Virus record (IMG/VR): IMGVR_UViG_3300017971_000185
Span: 310,001 to 374,000 of that record
Length of the DNA stretch: 64,000 bases
Reading direction: 5' to 3' (one strand)
Of this stretch, positions 59,645 to 64,000 are shown in pieces; positions within the stretch are counted from its first letter, which is position 1, and every line of letters starts with the position of its first letter. The notes below the pieces were generated by a model. It worked only from the letters and a program-made list of their open reading frames with translations, searched no databases and was not told the DNA's origin. A program made the translations under genes and the position numbers.

Positions 59645-59719
59645 GGGGCAGTAGCTCAGTTTCGGGAGAGCGCCACGTTCGCAACGTGGAAGTCAGGGGT
59701 TCGATTCCCCTCTGCTCCA
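59645..59719 (+). tRNA. tRNA-Ala(CGC)
   Basis: G3:U70. Confidence 0.92.
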
Positions 59720-60034
59720 CAATATTTCGTCACCATCGAAAAGGACAGAAGGAACAACATGTAATCATCAACAAGGAGGTCGTCATCATGCGTACCGTAT
59801 ATGCAGACCTGAACATGCGTAACCGAACCCGTGACTGGAAGATCCCGCTCGGAGGCAATACCGTTTCCCTGCGTGCGATTGCAAAGCCGGGCACGGTGGT
59901 CCGTGTGACTGACGACGATCTAGAGGTCGAGGCTATGGTCGAGATCCGCAACGGGATGCTCGTTGCGGACGCCCGCTGGAACACGCTGGCGTATGTCCAC
60001 TAGACCAGGCCCGGCTAAGCAAGGAGGAAAGCGT

Positions 60035-60067
60035 ATGGAACACGAACGATGGCGAGGCTGTCCGTAA
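60035..60067 (+). CDS. leader peptide MEHERWRGCP
   Basis: SD AAGGAGG; TGG and TGT codons; stop lies in the loop of a GCTGTCC/GGACAGC hairpin, just before tRNA-Trp and tRNA-Cys. Confidence 0.7.
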   Translation: MEHERWRGCP

Positions 60068-60075
60068 GGACAGCT

Positions 60076-60148
60076 AGGGCGTTAGCTCAGTTGGGAGAGC
60101 GACGGACTCCAAATCCGTAGGTCGCGGGTTCGATCCCTGCACGCCCTG
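60076..60148 (+). tRNA. tRNA-Trp(CCA)
   Basis: Cloverleaf. Confidence 0.93.
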
Positions 60149-60152
60149 CCGC

Positions 60153-60224
60153 GGCTCCGTAGCCAAGTGGGAAGGTAGCGCTCTGCAAAAGCGCCATTCG
60201 TCGGTTCGACTCCGACCGGAGCCT
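60153..60224 (+). tRNA. tRNA-Cys(GCA)
   Basis: Cloverleaf, U73. Confidence 0.93.
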
Positions 60225-60295
60225 CCGCGATGAAACAACCGAACGACAACTAGCCCCCAGGGGTCTCGCTGCTCCTGGGCAACAGGAGCAAGACG

Positions 60296-60730
60296 ATGAC
60301 CAGCCTGGCATACAAGACTACCTACGACACTCTGACTACCGAGGGTCTCCCGAAGCGGGGGACTCGTGACTGGTACCTGGCAAAGCGAGCCAGGAAGCTG
60401 GGAAGGGTGAAGGGTCGGGGGCGAGTCGCCAAGTTTCGAGAGATCGCGCGGTACAAGCCCGTGTTGATTGCTGATCTTATTCTTGGGCGATTGCCCCGTA
60501 TCCTAGAGAGCGAATTCTGGTTCTACGTCTGGCACGTGGACGGTTTGTGCGTCTACTGCAAGGCCAAGCTCACCAAGCAAAACCACACTCTGGATCACGT
60601 AATCCCGCGTGCCCAGGGCGGTGGTCAGCTTGGTCGCCAGAACCTCATGCCCTGCTGTCAGGCGTGCAACTGGACCAAGGCCGACAAGCCTCTATTGGTG
60701 TTCCTGTCCGAGCGACTAGAACACCTTTAG
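60296..60730 (+). CDS. HNH endonuclease
   Basis: CVYC..TLDHVIPRAQGG..NLMPCCQACN..K. Confidence 0.85.
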   Translation: MTSLAYKTTYDTLTTEGLPKRGTRDWYLAKRARKLGRVKGRGRVAKFREIARYKPVLIADLILGRLPRILESEFWFYVWHVDGLCVYCKAKLTKQNHTLDHVIPRAQGGGQLGRQNLMPCCQACNWTKADKPLLVFLSERLEHL

Positions 60731-61114
60731 GATCTCGTTGATCGTGGCCTGCGTGTACTCTTCGACCGCATCACGGCCGGCAGACAGAGTATCGGGGCTA
60801 TTCGCTCCGGCGTCTCGATGCTTGTAGCCTACACGCTTGAGATTCTCCAGCGACTTGTGGACTGCACGCGCGAGCGCCTTGCCTAGCTTGTCGATCTCAT
60901 TGTTGCCTTTCACCAAGGCGGCGGTGAGATCGCGAGCGGCATCATGGGTGCCTTCGTAGTCCGAGTCGAGGCCCCATGCTTCGGGCTTGCTACGGTAGAT
61001 GCTCGGATACTGCGCTTGCTTGAGCAGCGGAAGGATCGCTTCTTGGATATTGGGGTTTTCGTGAGCCAGCCTGATCAACTGGCCGCGGAGGCTGCGTTTG
61101 CGTGTGCCTGCCAT
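60716..61114 (-). CDS. hypothetical protein with N-terminal LR..LIRLA...P.....LPLLK motif
   Basis: Motif shared with 2309..2998. Confidence 0.6.
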   Translation of the reverse strand: MAGTRKRSLRGQLIRLAHENPNIQEAILPLLKQAQYPSIYRSKPEAWGLDSDYEGTHDAARDLTAALVKGNNEIDKLGKALARAVHKSLENLKRVGYKHRDAGANSPDTLSAGRDAVEEYTQATINEILKVF

Positions 61115-61205
61115 GGTCTACCTACGGTGCGCGATAGGCGAATTAGGCGCGGGGTTTGCGCTGTAAACTTCTGTGGGAATCCCGCGTAGAGGGTCGGAGA
61201 GAGGA

Positions 61206-61598
61206 ATGGCAAGAACCACTTCAGATCCATGCGGCCGATGCGGCGGAAGCGGCTATCTTCCGCAGTATCGTCATGTCGAGGGCGGTGTTTGCTTTCGGTG
61301 CCGGGGAAGCGGCATTGATCCTGGGGGTCGCCGTGGGGGTCGCCGGGCCAAGAGGCTCTCAGACGAAGCCAGGGGCTTCCTGGCGGCGTTGGTGGAGAGC
61401 AGAATCTCGCTGCCCCCGCAAGAGCCGGAGCCGCTGGACGAGCTTCTGGGCGCTGGGCTCGTTGCTCCCGTGAGGGTGGTGGACAAGACCGGGAAAAAGC
61501 GCTCCGAGTACTACGCGACGGAGCGTGGGCACGAGAGCTATCAAAAGGCTGTAGAGGCGGGGTTGATTCGGGCCCGGCCAGGGGAATGGGTGCAGTGA
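61206..61598 (+). CDS. DnaJ-type CxxCxGxG zinc-finger protein
   Basis: CGRCGGSG..CFRCRGSG; directly after the phage promoter at 61162. Confidence 0.65.
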   Translation: MARTTSDPCGRCGGSGYLPQYRHVEGGVCFRCRGSGIDPGGRRGGRRAKRLSDEARGFLAALVESRISLPPQEPEPLDELLGAGLVAPVRVVDKTGKKRSEYYATERGHESYQKAVEAGLIRARPGEWVQ

Positions 61599-62586
61599 TG
61601 AAGATCCTTCCGTCCTATTTGAGAGCGAAAGCCCTCGATGCGCTGGCACGGCTTGACGGCTTGCCGCCTTACGATGGGCCTTCCAACATCTGTCGGAACG
61701 ACGGCTACTACGCGCAGTCCATCGAACAGACGTTTGGCATGTCCATCGTGGATCTGCGCAAGAGTGTGGAGAGAGACAATGGATGACGTAGCTCGAATTC
61801 GTGAGGCGCAGGAGCATCTCTACGTTGCTGTCCTGCAATCGCTCAAGACGGATGATGACATCATCATGGGGCACGTTCGCGATGCTCTGGATCAACTGGA
61901 TCAGGTTCTCGGCGGCAACTATCCGGCGCGAACCCGTGAGATGCTCGAAAGGAAGGGGCTGAGATGAGCGAGTCACCGAGAGGTAGTATCAAGTCTCCGA
62001 TTCGTCCGTTTGGCGACGCTTATTGGGAGCGAGTCGAGCGCAGCAGGGACGGACAGACAGGAGCCGAATGTTGTCTTTGCGGCAGACCGGGACGTGGTGT
62101 TGGTCGTTTCTTCATCGCGATTGATCTGGGCGATCATTCGCTCTATCCGGCCACTTTCGACGTGGATACTCTGGGTGGAGACTTCTCTGTTGAGCGCGTA
62201 GGGAGCACTTGTGCTCGGAAACTTCGCGGGCTCGGGGCGCTACGCGACGTAGACGGAAACCCTGTGGATTGAGACCCGGATCAGGCGTAGAATCCACTGA
62301 TGCTGCGCCGATTCCGACAGTGGGTTCGCCAATGGCTCGACGTTCCGACTGTGGGGCGTGAGTCCGAGGACTTTGCTCGGAGTGAGACAATGGCTGTAGT
62401 GGGTGCTCTGGTGCAGCAGTGTCCCTCGTTGATCTACTATCCTGAGCTTATTCGCTTCATGGTCGGCGGCATCGGCGGCATCAACGGAATCTACGAGTTT
62501 ACCCACGTGGCGACTGGCCGCTGGGTCTGGACCGGAGGCCGCTGGGTTCACGAGTCGCGGCAGAAACCGGGTCTGAAGGTGGTGAA

Positions 62587-63312
62587 ATGACACAAGACGA
62601 GCAGAGACAACAGTTGTTCGATGCGCTGCCCGGTGACATCCGTCAGCAGTTTCATGATCTTCTACAGAGTCGCCAAATTTCCATCTACTGGTCCGATGGC
62701 GAGTACGGCGCGAGACCGTTGACGCATAGTGAAATGTCGGCCATTCTCGATCTCTTGATCGACTCGATCGGATCGGAGGTTGCGCTTCGCTTCACGAAGG
62801 AAGCGAGGTTCCGGTCTCCGCGGGATGAACCAACCGGGGAGGAGTTGGAAGAGGTCATCAAGGCGGGATGGGACCGCACGAAACTCTGGCCCTCGCAGAA
62901 GCCGGAGCCCGTGGAGATCACGGACGTGAGAGCAAAGCTCTGGCAGAGAGGGCAGCTTGCTTCCTATCTGTACTCGACAGATTGGCAATTCCAGAACGAA
63001 GACCGTCCCTTTATCGCTGTGTCTCGTTCTCCAGGGTATCTGGCGCACCTAGAGACGGGGGTTCTTGACGCACAGTCCTACGAAGGGCTGCTGCGCCAGA
63101 TAGACTTCGGCCGGTGGGGGTTTCCATTCGACGGCGTGGTGTACGAGCGTTTTTTCAATCGGGGTTCGCAGGTCTGGTTCAAGATCAGAGGATCGTTCAA
63201 TTTTTGGCGAAAGTACTGGCCTGATGACGACGTGTTGATGAAGGCTCGCAAAACCGTTCTGCCTCCGGGGGCAGAGATCAACGATGGTGACAGGGGCAGG
63301 GGCAGGGGATGA
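62587..63312 (+). CDS. hypothetical protein
   Basis: 241-aa ORF with an ATGA overlap. Confidence 0.55.
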   Translation: MTQDEQRQQLFDALPGDIRQQFHDLLQSRQISIYWSDGEYGARPLTHSEMSAILDLLIDSIGSEVALRFTKEARFRSPRDEPTGEELEEVIKAGWDRTKLWPSQKPEPVEITDVRAKLWQRGQLASYLYSTDWQFQNEDRPFIAVSRSPGYLAHLETGVLDAQSYEGLLRQIDFGRWGFPFDGVVYERFFNRGSQVWFKIRGSFNFWRKYWPDDDVLMKARKTVLPPGAEINDGDRGRGRG

Positions 63313-63636
63313 CCAAAATTCTCCGCTTTCTCCGTTTCTTTTCCCTGCGCTGTTATCCGTTTTTGGCTTGTAGCAGGCATGGGCGTTGCTGGACACATTC
63401 GGAGTGGGCAGACGATGGAGATCACAGACGAGATCGGTAGGGAGATCTGGAACAAGCTGATCGAGCACTGTGGCGCTCGCGACATGCCTGAGTGGGAGCT
63501 TGCCAGTACGTTCACTCGTGCGCTTCGTGAGTACTTCATAGAGCGTCGTGAGAAGGTCGGCCGTGCTAGCTGGCCTTTCGAGTGGCGCTTTCAAGGAGTG
63601 CTAGGGTTTCGCCACCAAGACGGCGATGGGTTCTAC

Positions 63637-64000
63637 GTCAACTACCTCCGGCTAAAGCCGGAGGCTTGTACCTGAGATCTCCCCATGGAGTTGTCCCGAT
63701 ACCTTGATCTCCTGACGGAGACCGTTTGGCCGATTGACTGCGGCCCTGGCACGGATGTTCCGCGCCGCGATGATGTCGGCAGGCCCAGCGTGCCCGCACG
63801 ACTCACAACAAAACCTGTCCCTCGTCGGCCTGTTCTTCCTCGAACAATGCCCGCACTCAGGACAGGTCTGGCTCGTGTACGCGGGATCGACGGCAACCAC
63901 GGGAACCCCAGCCAACAACGCCTTGTACTCGATGAATGCGCGCTGTTGATGAAAGGACCAGCCGTGCAGTCGTGCTCGCTGTCGGCGGCGGGCCGTTACC
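63637..64000 (-). mobile_element. tnpB: IS200/IS605-family element: right end and tnpB C-terminus (partial; continues beyond the window)
   Basis: VDPAYTSQTCPECG..CESCG..ADIIAARNI; terminal hairpin CCTCCGGC-TAAA-GCCGGAGG next to a GTCAAC end. Confidence 0.85.

Overview
A GC-rich, gene-dense window that looks like part of a jumbo or huge phage genome. Myxobacteria-style lipoproteins suggest a Myxococcota-like host (inference). It is dominated by translation and RNA genes: about 40 tRNA genes in several operons, RNase P RNA, a small SRP RNA, a 6S-like RNA, EF-Tu, ribosomal protein L7/L12, a Pth2-like hydrolase, Thg1, KptA/Tpt1 and a ligase-like nucleotidyltransferase. It also carries polyamine enzymes (pyruvoyl arginine decarboxylase, SpeD, SpeE), dUTPase, several HNH and LAGLIDADG-like endonucleases, an IS607 element and a partial IS200/IS605 TnpB. 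Two systems look undescribed to me. (1) Nearly every tRNA operon begins with a short leader ORF, too small for the ORF track, whose codons mirror the anticodons of the downstream tRNAs: poly-Asp before tRNA-Asp, TTTT before three tRNA-Thr, HHH before tRNA-His, and a Pro/Leu/Arg/Tyr-rich leader before the Pro/Arg/Leu/Tyr cluster. Several leaders can base-pair with the first tRNA. This suggests ribosome-stalling attenuation that supplies a phage tRNA only when the matching host tRNA is depleted. (2) An operon encoding a Ro60/TROVE-like vWA protein and a ubiquitin-like conjugation set (E2-like, JAB, Ubl, E1) is followed by an array of Y-RNA-like ncRNAs. In these, one conserved module (CACAAGC...CACTC) is grafted onto tRNA mimics in four different circular permutations. 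All calls were made by eye, without database searches or folding software.
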